A stretch of DNA of 63,705 bases, filler included, from Callorhinchus milii (lineage: Eukaryota): assembly GCF_018977255.1 (NCBI RefSeq). It is 3 parts of 3 records of this genome, joined end to end, with 100 filler letters (N's around TTAATTAATTAA, not from the genome) between each part and the next. Parts side by side here need not be neighbours in the genome. Positions count along the whole stretch, not along the records: positions 31,896 to 57,157 come from NW_024704990.1; positions 57,258 to 63,705 come from NW_024705135.1; 1 more part is not named here. The stretch is one strand, 5' to 3'. The position numbers were made by a program, and so were the translations under genes. This document shows, one piece after another, positions 51,143 to 63,585 of the stretch. The notes below the pieces were generated by a model, which was given only the letters and a program-made list of their open reading frames with translations, was not told where the DNA came from and searched no databases. Numbering within the stretch: the first letter of the stretch is position 1; each line of letters opens with the position of its first letter.

Positions 51143-53042
51143 TTACCATAACTTCAGGAATTTAGCAATGATATGAAATGGATAAATTATTCCTTTCCTG
51201 AGCTCTTCTCTGAATTTGGACTGAGTCAAAGCATAAATGCAGGTGTTGGTACAGCAACTCAGCCTCTGAAGCATGATTCCGGTTTCTTGCACTATGTACC
51301 GCATACTGTTGACAAACGTTGCGGTGTAATTAAAATTCGAAAGTTTCCATTTGAAGGAATATGTAACAAAAGTTAGCCACAACAGTACAAGACTGCCCGA
51401 TATGGCGAAGAGTAAAACGACGGATTTTCTTCGGTTGTCTATCTCTTGATCAATTGGTTTCTCTGCACTTCTCTGAGCCCGAAGCCGCCTGCCGACTTTG
51501 TTAGCCATCATAATGTGCCTGAGAGTCAGAGCGTTAAAAAGGCAAATGAAAGCAAAACCAAACATGGGAAGAAAAACACGATGAAACCTTTCAAACGCTT
51601 TCCAGATGGCCATGGTATGAAAGCTTGATTTGAATGCGCAGTACCATGGTGTATTGTTAATTATAATATAAGGATCAAATATGAAATAGCAGGGAAAGCT
51701 CAGAGAACAGATGGAAATAGACAGAGTTACGATAAACACTGTGGCCATCCTCTCCGTGCAATATTTTGGTTTCAATTCAAGATTGTTAATTTCGTTCAAC
51801 AACACATCTACAAGGACAACCAGGAGATCAGCCGCTGCCATGGCCTACCAAATAGCGAGTAATGCACTTGGAGAGACCGCAATTTCCTCTTGACAGGATC
51901 ACAATCCCCAGCAAATTAACTGAGAGGAGCAATAAAAAGAGAAAAGGTAATTTAGATGAATATAATTTTTGATGTTAAAAATGTAAATCTGTGTTATATT
52001 TGGTTGCGCTTTTTTGAATTTTTTCAAACATGTTCAAACAAAATATAGTTAGTGCAATTTACAGTAAATCGTGTAAAACGCAAAGGAACATCTTCGAAAG
52101 ATTATTGATCATTGCGCGAGGACATTATTCATTTACCTAATTGAGTTTCATTGGAAATGTAAATCTATGTTATGTTCGCAGAGTTTGCTTTCAATTGTTT
52201 CAATTACTCCCAAAAAGAAATGGCCAAAAAAAGTCGAATTCTGATAACTTTCCTTCGCTCAGTGCCTGTGTCCTATTTCTTCCTCTCATCGAGGAATTGA
52301 GCAATGATGTCCTTCAGCACAGATGTGAAATTGGGGACTCAGAGTGATAGAAGCGCGTTGCTTGACACCTGATTAAGTCAAGCTAAAAAATAAAAATCCT
52401 CCCCATTAGCTATTATATCAATTATTTTCCTCTGGCAAAAGAGCCGAGTCAAAGATCACGATCAACCTGCGGAGGATGGAGGCTATCTCTGAGAAACATG
52501 TATATTTGAAATAATTGGAGTTGTGTAGAGTTGGGTAAGCGCACTTTCCAGTGGAATCAATATCAGTTCGATGTATCTATGTTCTCAGTTTTAAGAGAAA
52601 GTTAAACTATTTGTACTATTTGATAAACCTTGTTTTTTTTCACCACTGTATTGATAGTCTCCATTGGAATATGTTACAATATTCGAAGTGAAAAGAGTGT
52701 CGCCCTTCGGTGCTGTGCAATCTTCATAAATCTTTGTATACCTTTTACCACAGCGCTTCCCACTATTGATGGTACTTTCATAAACTTAAGTATCTCTACT
52801 CATTGCTACATTTGCTCCTATGCGCATTACAATCTACTTTCAAGTCCGATACATACATACATCTTTCTCGACGGACATGAATAACCAGATATGTCAATTT
52901 ATAAAATGTCTTCTGTCACAAAATTCAGTAACCTATTGATCACTGATAATGCTTGCGACCAAACAGGCTTACCAGGAATTCCAAATGCTGCAAGAATGGG
53001 GTAGTAAATAGCAATTATTGCATACAACGTTGGTTGCTCCAT
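51143..53042 (-). pseudogene. Second GPR139/GPR142-like GPCR pseudogene, two exons (52973-53042 and 51143-51919)
   Basis: Exon 1 MEQPTLYAIIAIYYPILAAFGIP followed by a GTAAG donor. Exon 2 VNLLGIVILSRGNCGLSKCITRYLV, with a 1-nt frameshift at ~51845 and a deletion removing the TM3 region (NEINN|LELKPKYCTE). Ends SCCTNTCIYALTQSKFREEL. Confidence 0.9.
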
Positions 53043-53916
53043 GTTCTGTTGAACATATTGTTGCTGAATGCAGAGACTTAGGTGAACATACTGCCGTCAC
53101 ACTGAAATAAATTTGTACTCATAAGGAACATGAAACTACATCTTGCATCATGAACGCAATTAGTTCCAGACATATGAACAAACAAGGTAACGTATTCACT
53201 TGAGAATTGCACATGTACTACTCGGATTTAATTTGCATTGTGAATTGAAAACAAGATACATAAAAACATATAAACAACTAAGCGTAGAATAAAACTAAAA
53301 CAGGAAGAAAGGAAGAATATTATTGAAAAGGTTTCACAGGAAGTAGAAGGCGAACAAATAAAGCAACAAAAAAAAACAGCAAATTACACTTTGATAGTGC
53401 CTTTCACGTTGGAAAGACGTCCCAGGGCGCTGGAGAATCAGGGTTTCTTGCATCTATCACTTGCTTCTATGAACCTATATTCACGAGTGGTAGTGCGTGG
53501 AATTGTGAAAAGTCAAAATAGTTAACACTCACGCACTTCAACATAGAATATTGAGACCCGAGGAAGTGGTGGTTGTCAGGTGGGTTGCAAGGGGAAGATA
53601 AATAAGAGTGTGGCGAAAGCGGAAGATCTTGATACGGACCATGAAGACGCTGTGTGAGCGAGCGAGGCCTGGTTTCAAAAACAATAACAAGAACAATTTT
53701 CGTTAACAAATCGCTCCGCACGTTGGGCATGTGGGCACTCTGAGATTGAGTTACAGAGAGTGGGCAGGCAGATTGCCGAAAGACCGATCACTGATGGAGG
53801 GACACGTATGGTGGAATCATAAATCATGGCGAGGCTTGATGTGTGATGAGAGCATCGGGGTCATTGTTGTTTGAAGAGGTCACAGTTGTAAATTCAGAAA
53901 AGAGTATGCGTGTATT

Positions 53917-56006
53917 TACCGCTCCACTCTAGCCTCGGCCAAGTCGTCCTTCTACTCCAGGATAATCCTGGAGGCGAAGAACAACCCCAGGCTACTGTTT
54001 TCCACCACAACCCGACTCCTCCGTCCACCCCGCCACCCCGCGCAGGTCATCTCCTCCAACCTTCACTGCGAGGAGATGCTGGATGTCCTTGAATCCAAGA
54101 TCAAGGGAATCCGCTCCGCGGTCACTTCCCTGCCAACTTCCACCCACCACCCACCCCTTCCCTCCCACACTCCGACTCCTACCCATCCTCCCCTACACAC
54201 CTTCGTACCCGTTTCCCCACCCTCTGTCACTGAACTCATCCTATCCCTAAAACCAACCACCTGCTCCCTTGACCCCATCCCCACTCCACTCCTTATCTCC
54301 CAGCTCCACTTTCTTGCACCACATATCACTGACATCATCAACCTGTCCCTCTCCTCTGGCTCTGTCCCCATTCCATTAAAAACTGCCATCATCACGCCCA
54401 TCCTGAAAAAACCCTCCCTTGAAGCGTCGCAGCTCTCAAGCTACCGGCCCATCTCCAACCTCCCCTTTCTCTCCAAGGTCCTGGAAAGAGTTGTCGCCTC
54501 CCAACTGCGCTCTTTCCTTTCCACCCATTCTCTTTTTGAAACCCTTCAGTCAGGTTTCCGTGCTGCCCATAGCACAGAAACTGCCCTGGTCAAGGTCACC
54601 AATGATATCCTGACCATCTGTGACCAGTGCTCCCTCTGTCTCCTGGTCCTCCTCGATCTATCGGCAGCATTCGATACGGTCGACCACGCTATCCTACTCC
54701 ACCGCTTGTCCTCCCACCTCAACCTTAAAGGCACTGTCCTTGAATGGTTTAGGTCGTACCTTTCTCACCGTCTTCACTTTGTCTCAACGAATGGCTTCTC
54801 CTCCACCCCCCCGTACTGTCTCATGTGGTGTCCCTCAGGGCTCTGTCCTCGGTCCCCTCCTCTTCACCCTCTATATTCTCCCCCTCGGTGACATCATCCG
54901 CAGACATGGAGTTAACTTCCACATGTATGCGGATGACACCCAACTCTACCTTTCCTCCTCTACTCTCAACTGCACGACCACCGATGTCCTGACAGCCTGC
55001 CTGTCCGACATCGAGTCCTGGACGAGAGACAACTTTCTTCAGCTCAACGTGCGAAAAACCGAGGCCCTCCTGAATGGCTCACGTCAGCGCCTCCGCACCT
55101 CAGGCGCTGACACCATCAGCATCCAAGGCTGCACTCTCCACCTCTCAAAGCCAGTCAGGAACCTCGGCGTTTTGTTCGACCCTGAGCTGTCCTTTCTCCC
55201 TCACATCCGCACTACAACTGGCACCGCCTTCCATCACCTTCGGAACATCGCCAGACTACGGCACGACCTCACCCCTCACGCTGCTGAAACCCTGGTCCCC
55301 GCCTTTGTCACCTCAAGGCTGGACTATGGGAACTCTCTCCTCGTCGGCCTTCCCGCCACCTCCCTCCACAAGCTGCAGGTCATTCAGAACTCTGCAGCTC
55401 GTGTACTGTCCCGCACCAGGCTTCGCGACCACATCACTCCCACCCTCGCTCGCCTCCACTGGCTCCCCATCCCCAGAGGATTGATTTCAAGATCCTCATC
55501 CTCACCTACAAGGCCATTCACGGCCTTGCTCCCTCCTACCTCTCCAACCTACTATCCCCCTACCTACCTGCCCGTACCCTCCGTTTCACTGGCTCTGGTC
55601 TGCTCCACGTCCCCCGCCCCAACCGCCCTACCATCGGTGGTCGGGCCTTCAGCCTCAGCCCCCAGGCTCTGGAACTCCATCCCCCAGTGCCTTCGCCTTG
55701 CTTCCTCCCTTTCCTCCTTCAAGGCCGGTCTCAAAACCTTTCTCTTTGACTGTGCCTTCAGCTCCCCTCTCGACTCTCTTCCCCCTCCTCGCTCCCTCCC
55801 TTCCCTCCCCTCACCCTGACCATTTCCCCCTCCTTGCTCCCTCCCTTCCCTCACCCTGACCGTTTCCCCCCTCCTCGCTCCCTCCCTTCCCTCCCCTCAC
55901 CCTGACCATTTCCCCCCTGCTCGGGTCATGACCCAACTGTGCAGTGCCTTGGGACGTCCTCCTGACGTGAAAGGCGCTTTATAAATGGAATCTTGTTGTT
56001 GTTGTT
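53917..56006 (+). mobile_element. Young L2-clade LINE, 5'-truncated, with RT domain (frameshifted)
   Basis: [57 protein letters not shown]. Frameshift in the C-run near 54805; pyrimidine-rich 3' UTR repeats; (TTG)n tail. Confidence 0.96.
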
Positions 56007-56497
56007 AAATTTGAGGAATAGTTTCTTGTAATCAATTTGCTGCGTTTTGCAGAGCAAATGGAGCCAGGAAAGTTGCGGTCAAAGGCTTGTGGAGCGTTGT
56101 GTGGAAAAGAGCATAATCTGGGAAGTTCTGTATTGTCTTTACATTACGAGGAGAAACTGGATAATCCGGCGAGAAAATCCGTATCGTGACCAAGTGTGTG
56201 TGTTAAATGCAAGAATATAAATTGTGTCAACAGGAAAGGAAAGGTCATGGCAGACGAAGATTTTATTTCGGAGGGAGGGAAAAAGCAAAGTGGTTGATTT
56301 GGGGTTGTTCAGCTTAAACTACAATTTGGATTCAAGGAAGACACACTCTCCAAAGTTGATTTAAAAGTGGGGTGTGGTTACTCGCTCAGTTGGTAACACA
56401 TCTCAGCATCAAATGAGTGTGAGGATTGTCATCGTATTGCTACCATCTCATACACATATCCTTTTCCATTGAACAGTAGTCATCAACCAGTAGTCAT

Positions 56498-57157
56498 CAT
56501 CATCAACCTGTCCCTCTCCTCTGGCTCTGTCCCCATTCCATTAAAAACTGCCATCATCACGCCCACCCTGAAAAAACCCTCCCTTGATGCGTCGCAGCTA
56601 TCAAGCTACCGGCCCATCTCCAACCTCCCCTTTCTCTCCAAGGTCTTGGAAAGAGTTGTCGCCTCCCAACTGCGCTATTTCCTTTCCACCCATTCACTTT
56701 TCGAACCCCTTCAGTCAGGTTTCCGTGCTGCCCATAGCACGCAAACTGCCCTGGTCAAGGTCACCAATGATATCCTGACCATCTGTGACCAGGGCTCCCT
56801 CTGCCTCCTCGTCCTCCTCGACCTATCGGCAGCATTCGATACGGTCGACCACGCTATCCTACACCACCGCTTGTCCTCCCACATCAACCTTCAAGGCACT
56901 GTCCTTGAATGGTTTAGGTCGTACCTTTCTCACCGTTTTCACTTTGTCTTGACGAATGGCTTCTCCTCCACCCCCCGTGCTGTCTCATGTGGTGTCCCTC
57001 AGGGCTCTGTCCTTGGTCCCCTCCTCTTCACCCTCTATATGCTCCCCCTTGGTGACATCACCCGCAGACATGGAGTTAACTTCCACATGTATGCGAATGA
57101 CACCCAACTCTACCTTTCCTCATCTACTCTCAACTCCACGACCCCCGATGTCCTGAC
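56498..57157 (+). mobile_element. Third copy of the same L2 LINE (RT region), cut by the contig end
   Basis: Near-identical to 54333-54993; catalytic YADD mutated to YAND. Confidence 0.95.
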
Positions 57158-57257
57158 NNNNNNNNNNNNNNNNNNNNNNNNNNNNNNNNNNNNNNNNNNN
57201 NTTAATTAATTAANNNNNNNNNNNNNNNNNNNNNNNNNNNNNNNNNNNNNNNNNNNN
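57158..57257. other. Artificial contig-joining spacer
   Basis: N44-TTAATTAATTAA-N44. Confidence 0.99.
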
Positions 57258-57600
57258 TGCACTGAGCTGAGGGAGCCCCTCCTCACACACGTGCGTTCCT
57301 TCACACCTCACCAGGTACGTGTTGGAGGTGGTGGGGGGGAGAGAGGGAGGAGTTGACCATAGGCACAACCTGAAGATGGGGGAGGAGGGGGCAAGGCGAA
57401 GGGATTGAGGAAGAATGCTCCAGAGGTTCGGGGTGTGGAGGCTGAAGGCAGGAGCCATCGATGGAGCGGAGGGCACTCGGGTCAAGCAGGAGGCCAGAGC
57501 CAGCTGAGCGGAGGTAGCGGGTCGTGGAGTGGGTAGAGAAGTAGATAGGGAGGTGCCCATGGGGTGGAGGGATGGTAGATCAGTGAGGATCTGACACAGC
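57258..57600 (-). mobile_element. Degenerate L2-like 3' fragment (intronic)
   Basis: Translation ..AFSLHTPNLWSILPQSLRLAPS resembles the L2 ORF2 C-terminus. Confidence 0.65.
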
Positions 57601-57728
57601 AAGGCTGATGTTTGTTCACAAGTGCCGAGTGTGAGAGCAAGGAGTCAGGGTCTTGTGTGACTAGCGATCAGCAAGGCTAGCCCCTGGTGTGGGCAGTGTC
57701 ACTCATTGTGTTCTCTGCCCACTTGTAG

Positions 57729-60022
57729 CAAAACCACATTCCCAAGTCCATCATGACCGTGCTCGAGGCCAACATAAAAACTGACATGGAGCCCATGGAC
57801 ACCAAGATGCTGAGTGAGGTGAGATTACACCCCTTCCACTGCTTGTTCCTCGCATTTGATACAGTGCCTTATCACACAGTTTCAAAGTGCTTCACAGGAC
57901 ACGCTGTAAAGTGGAGGGACTGTGTATTTGTGGGCAAAACGCAGCAGCCAGGATTATTGGAGTAGTGATATATTTTCTGTCTCTCGCTCTCTCTTGGACA
58001 GGAGGAAATGCAGCACATGTCTATCGCCCAAGTACAGAAGGACATGATCACCGTACGTTTGGCTCAAGAGAAAGCCTTGAAGAGGAAGCTCGAGGAGGAG
58101 CAGAAACTCAAACAACAACAGCAGTTCGCTGCTCAGTTACAGCCTGGGGCCTGTGTTCTCGGAAAAGCCCCCGTCTCTCTCCTAGGCCAGCCCATGATGG
58201 GCCAAACTCCCCCCTCCATCCTAGGCCAGCCCACACACCAGTCCCTGCTAGGGCATCCCAACCAGTCACTCCTGGGACAACTCAACACGTCCATCTTAGG
58301 TCAGCCCACCCAGTCTATCCTGGGACACCCGAGCCAGTCCATCCTGGGACACCTCTCCCAATCCATCCTGGGCCACCCCTCACAGTCTATCCTGGGCCAC
58401 CCCACACAGTCTATTCTGCCACAGAGCAACCCACCAAACCTGTCACAGGGCAACGCACCCAGTAAACCCAACACAACTAACCTGGGCAAGGTAGCCCTGC
58501 CCACCATGGGCAAGCAGGCTTCTCCCACCATGGGCAAGCAGACCCCGCCTACCCTGGGCAAGCAGGTCCCTCTGCTGGGCAAGCAGACTCCTCCCGCTCT
58601 TGGCAAGCCAGTCCCACCCATCCTGGGCAAGCAGGCCCCTCCCATGCTGGGCAAGCCAGCCCCGCCCACTCTGGGTAAGCAGACTCCTCCCACCATGGGC
58701 AAGCAGGCCCCTCCCCTGCTGGGGAAGGCAGCCCCTCCCACTCTTGGAAAGCCACCTCTGCCTATTCTGGGGAAGCAGGCCCCGCCCACCCTAGGCAAAC
58801 AGACTCCTCCCACTCTGGGCAAACCAACAACCCTCCCACCCAACCTGACCCAGACTAACTTGGTCCAGACCAACCCTCCCACTTTGGCCAAGCCGGCTCC
58901 TCCCACTCTGGGTAAACCCACGCCTCCAACCCTGGGCAAGCAAGCTCCGCCCACCCTAGGCAAGGCGACCCCTCCCACACTGGGTAAGCAGGCCCCTCCC
59001 ACCCTAGGACAGCCCACCCCGAGCCCCGCGGGAGCGGCTCAAGAGGAGCCGATGGAAGTGCAGAGCAGCACAGGGGCGGAGCCTGAGACCCCCACCATCA
59101 TCATCAACGTGAAGGAGGAAGAGGAGGGGCCGGTGGTGGGGGTGGAGGAGGCATCTCATGAGATGGTCGTCATGGACTCGGGGCATGACGGACAGATTGT
59201 GGTAAAGGTATTTTCGGGGTTGGGGGGAAGAGTGTGTTTTGACACTCGCGGAAACCCGTCACCGTTGCTTAAGAGTCTCCAAACCCAACTGAGAATTCCC
59301 CACATCCCAATCCCAGAGATAGATTGTTGCAATGGAATACGCGCTCTCTCTCTCTCCCTGGAGGGACGCCTCCTGCTTACCTAATTCCGGAGAGTATTAG
59401 GTGCATCTTGGGCGAGAGCCAAGGCTTGAGGGGGGAGCCCAGAGTGTGCGTTGGGGTAACTGATGGGGTCTAACCAGCTAAACTCACACGTAGCTTGGCC
59501 ACTGAGAGAGAGAGCGCTGTCTGGCCAAGCTTTCCCGCTGCTTGCCCAGCTAAGACCCCACTCCCCGTTAGGCGCCGGCAAGATAGCAGGCAAACAAAAG
59601 GGTTTCATTGTCCCTCAACAGCAGCGTGTCCTCTTGCTCGAGGCGAGCGGACTGACCACTACACTACAGGAGGTAATGGCGTTTTCTTTGCGTTTTGTTT
59701 TGAGCAGGACACGGACACGGGGGAGCGAGGAGGGAGGCTACAGCCACTGCACGAGGTGGGACACCTGGTGGAGCCGGACCATGGCTCCGTCACCGAGCAG
59801 GTGATCCTGGTGAGGGACGAAGCCCCTTCTCCTCTGGCGGCAGGGGGTGGGGAGGAGGGCGGAGGAGGGGGCGAGCGACAGACCCCTCCCGCGGCAGACC
59901 AGCCCGAGGAGCCCATGGAGCAGGAGGGGGTGGGAGAAGCGTCCGAAGAGAAGGGGGGAGGGAATGGGAGCCTGCAGAAACCCATCACCAAGCGCAAGGC
60001 CACCTTGAGGAAGGTCAACTGA
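57729..60022 (+). CDS. SYMPK: Symplekin, last three coding exons (57729-57818; 58002-59201 or 59207; 59708-60022)
   Basis: QNHIPKSIMTVLEA and KDMITVRLAQEKALKRKLEEEQKLK match the vertebrate symplekin C-terminus (QAHIPNSIMTILEA; RLAQEKALKRQLEEEQKLK). EEPME..PETPTIII also matches. AG/GT boundaries are all phase 0. Confidence 0.9.
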
Positions 60023-60919
60023 GGAGCGAGCGGTCAAGGCCGAGTGATGGAGAGAAGAGGAGAGAGGAAGAGGAAGGAGTTCCGAGCTTGACCACAAGTC
60101 TCTGATAGCCAATACCTGAGAAGGAGCCAGGCTGGCCAGCCTGACAGCGAATCGGGACATCATTCGGACCTTGATCAGCAGATAATTTCAGCCACAATAG
60201 ATGTTTCAATAGAGGAAATACCCCCCCTCTCCTCTCCCCACCCCACCCCGTATAAACATGTATTTTATGTGTTGTGGACGACGTGTCACAGTTTTAACGT
60301 GGTGTGTGTCCCCCCGCGCCCCCAAAAAGGAGGGCACCCGCACCCCTCTTCTTCCACCCCACCTCCGGACTGGCCGACCGCCATGTTTGTTCTGTTGGCC
60401 CCATCCCGGGACTCCCCTCATCCACCATCCTCCCATGTTCCCTGTCCACTTGCTGCAATCATATTCCCTCGCGTGGTCTCGCTCCCTCCCACCTCCAGGC
60501 GTTCAGGTGAGGAGGCGGACAGTTTACTTCCAGGTTCAGTCCGGTCACCCTTCAAAGCCGGAATCTCCATAACTTTTAAATTTAGCGCCGTGCCATATGG
60601 GGAGAGGTTAATAATAATAATAATAATCTTTGCATTTGATATAGCGCCTGATCACGCCTTCGAGGATGGTGGAATAGGGGAGGGGGGGAAGCCATGTGCC
60701 CACCGCCACAGCAACCACGACAACCTAGTTTTGATCGCCGGTTCCTGTTTTTGCAAGGATGTTGCAAAGACTTTTATTTTTCTTTGTGAGGAGGTATAGG
60801 GGGGATTGTTAGCCTGTGTTCAAATCCTAGCGGTTGCTCTTTTATGCCACGAAGACCATCTTAGACTTCAAACGCTAACCCCTCCCCCCCCCCCCGCGCC
60901 CGATTGTACGAACCCAATC

Positions 60920-60925
60920 AATAAA
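60920..60925 (+). promoter_or_regulatory. Candidate SYMPK polyadenylation signal
   Basis: AATAAA ~900 bp after the stop codon, followed by TG-rich sequence. Confidence 0.55.
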
Positions 60926-61320
60926 TACTATTTGTGTTTAACCTGGTGCAGAAATACATAATTAATTCCTGTGTATTTGAATGCTAATTCGCAAGGAGTG
61001 ATGATGATGATGAACCAACCTTGCATTCGATCTAAACGCCGCCTTATCACGTTGAGACGTCTCAAAGAGCTTCACAGGAAATAATTAAAAAAAACACGAT
61101 TGTTTGTGGGGACGTTGCTGGGTGCAAGGCTGCCGCCTTTTGCCCACACAGTCACTCCACAGCATATCCTGTGAAGCGCTTTGAGTTGTCTCGACGTGAT
61201 GAGGCGCTGGGTCAAAGGCAGGGATTATTATTATTGTTGTTAACTATTTGAAAAGGGAGTTTCTTTCAGTGTCTCGGAGACCCGGGTGCAATAAGTTATC
61301 TATAACTGGCTGGACTGACT

Positions 61321-61500
61321 GATAATATAATAATAATAATAATCCTTGCATTTGATACAGCGCTTTTCATGTCTTCTCGACATCTCAAAGCACTTCACAG
61401 AATAGACTGTAAGTGAATTGACCGTATATTTGTGGGCGAAACGCGTCACAACAGTTGTGGATTGAAAATGACCAATTTATTTTTGTTTTTTGGAGGGATT
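61321..61500 (-). mobile_element. SINE 3' part with (TTA)n tail
   Basis: Reverse complement of the recurring SINE tail: (TAA)nTCCTTGCATTTGATACAGCGC...CACTTCACAGAATAGACTGTAAGTGAATTGAC. Confidence 0.8.
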
Positions 61501-61502
61501 AT

Positions 61503-62037
61503 TATTGATTGGTTGACTGACTGACTGATTGATTGATTGGTTGACTGACTGATTGAGTGGTTGACTGACTGACTGATTGGTTGACTGACTGGTTGGTTGG
61601 TTGACTGACTGATTGGTTGACTGACTGATTGGTTGACTGACTGACTGATTGATTGACTGACTGACTGACTGGTTGACTGACTGACTGATTGATTGACTGA
61701 CTGATTGGTTGACTGACTGATTGGTTGATTGACTGACTGACTGACTGATTGGTTGACTGACTGACTGATTGGTTGACTGACTGACTGATTGGTTGACTGA
61801 CTGACTGATTGGTTGACTGACTGACTGATTGGTTGACTGACTGACTGATTGGTTGACTGACTGATTGATTGATTGACTGATTGGTTGACTGATTGATTGG
61901 TTGACTGATTGATTGATTGACTGGCTGACTGATTGGTTGACTGACTGACTGATTGGTTGACTGACTGACTGGTTGGTTGACTGACTGACTGGTTGGTTGA
62001 CTGACTGACTGGTTGGTTGGTTGGTTGGTTGACTGAC
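61503..62037. repeat. Compound tetranucleotide microsatellite (GACT/GATT/GGTT)n
   Basis: Direct reading of the sequence. Confidence 0.98.
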
Positions 62038-62098
62038 ATGAGTCAGACCCCAGCAGGGATGATTGACAGCTCAGCTGCCTGAGGTGTTCTATTTGCAG

Positions 62099-62199
62099 TG
62101 ACGTATACACAGTTTCCTGTGACGTCGGACTCGGTTGGTGACGTAGAACGCGCACTCGCTGTGTTTGTGTGGTTCCCGGGCAACGGTTACCATAGAGAC
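62099..62199 (+). promoter_or_regulatory. RSPH promoter: three CRE-like TGACGT motifs and two adjacent RFX X-boxes
   Basis: TGACGT at 62099, 62120 and 62139; GTTCCCGGGCAAC (62172-62184) and GTTACCATAGAGAC (62186-62199), ~300 bp upstream of the ATG. Confidence 0.75.
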
Positions 62200-62499
62200 G
62201 GAGCCCAGCGTCTGAGGGAGAGGGAGGAGGGAGAGTGAAAGGGTCAAAGGGAGAGAGAGAGAGAGGGAGTGAGTGAGTGAGAGTGAAAGGGTCAAAGGAA
62301 GAGAGAGAGGGGGAGTGAGTGAGTGAGTGAGAGTGTAAGAAGGAGAAAAAGTGAGTGAAAGAGAGAGAGAGAGAGAGAGAAAGGGAGAAAAAGAGTGAGA
62401 GAAGGAGAAAGGGAGTGAGGGAGGAAAAGAGAGAAAAGCAGTGAGTGAGAGAGTGAGAGAGAGAGAGAGAGGGGCGGAGGAGGTCAGTGAGAGCGAGAC

Positions 62500-63585
62500 A
62501 TGGCCTTGAATTACGAGCCTGAGGCGCAGGGAACGCTGCAGAAGGAGTCGGGCGCGGAGGCTGAGGTGGCTCTGGCGTACCCCAGTGAGCTGGAGATACA
62601 GAACGCCAAAGCCTACCTGCTGACCGCCAGCACCCAGTCCAACCTCAACCTGTGAGCGTGAGCGGCCGTCACCCACACTCCCTCCCTCCCTCCCTCCCTC
62701 CCTCCCACTGGCCAACAGTCAACAACAACTTGCCTCGGCCCCTTCCTCGCCTCCTTCAAGACCCTTCTCTTTGACCAACCGCGTCTTCAGTCACCCTCCT
62801 TTCTCCCCCCCGCCCTCCACCCTCCCTGACCCCCAGCGCGGGTCCGAAACACCGGCTGTCCAGCGCCTTGGGACGTCCTCCCGACGCGAAAGGCGCTTTA
62901 CACATGTAGCTTTGTTGTAGTTGTTGTTGTTAGACGCTTAAAGAGTTAGATCACGCGGATAGGCTGGAGTAAGGAGACTTGCCCAACGTTGCGCCCGGCC
63001 CGGAATCAAACCCAGGTCCTCTCGCTCACTGCTGCTGTGGCTACGATAATGGCGTTCGACCCGGTGCCTCATCACGTCTCCGAAGCGCTTCACGGGATGC
63101 GCTGTCAGGTGCAGTGACTGCGTGTCTTGTGGGTGAAACGCGACAGCCGATTGTGCCCAGCGACGTCCCCACAAACAGCCGGGGGTTGAAGTGACCCAGT
63201 TTATTGTTTTCGGGTGGAGGGGGGTGGGGGGGGGTTCAGAGTGAGTTGTCGTCGTTGTTGGCTCGGGGTCAGTCTCCGCCATTGGCAAGCGCTCTGGGGT
63301 GCTGAGCCGCGTGATGGGCGCTGTGTACATACAAGCTGCTGCTGTTGTTGTTGTAGCTATGACCATTTGGCTGAGGTGCTGACTAAGATACTGAACGAGC
63401 GCCCTATGGACGTGGTGGACATCTTTGAGGACTTGAGCCGGGACGTGAAGACAATGATGTTCACAGAGAAGCTGGACACACTGCAGGACGACTGGGAGAC
63501 CTCCTTCGCCTACAGCCTTGCCGAGGTGCAGAAATCCCTCTTCATCAAACCCGAGGAGGAGGAGGTGGAAAACGAGGAGGAAGTG
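62500..63585 (+). CDS. RSPH6A: Radial spoke head protein 4/6 family, first two coding exons (62500-62651; 63357-63585); the gene continues beyond the window
   Basis: EIQNAKAYLLTASTQSNLNL|YDHLAEVLTKILNERPMDVVDIFEDLSRDVK matches the RSPH4A/RSPH6A N-terminal conserved block, and splice phases are compatible. Position downstream of SYMPK on the same strand matches the mammalian SYMPK-RSPH6A arrangement. The 4A versus 6A call rests on synteny only. Confidence 0.85.
62720..62932 (+). mobile_element. L2-like 3' end fragment in RSPH intron 1
   Basis: CAGCGCCTTGGGACGTCCTCCCGACGCGAAAGGCGCTTTA...(TTG)n, the same terminal motif as the L2 copies. Confidence 0.75.

Noticed and set aside
58301..59017. 238-aa antisense repeat ORF
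   Set aside because: It mirrors the SYMPK repeat exon; the plus strand carries the conserved symplekin motifs.
61446..62715. Long SQ/NQ-rich and SL-rich minus-strand ORFs
   Set aside because: They are translations of the GACT/GATT microsatellite and a GA-rich tract.
62963..63030. tRNA-like B-box sequence on the minus strand
   Set aside because: It has no full cloverleaf and is better explained as the tRNA-derived head of a SINE.
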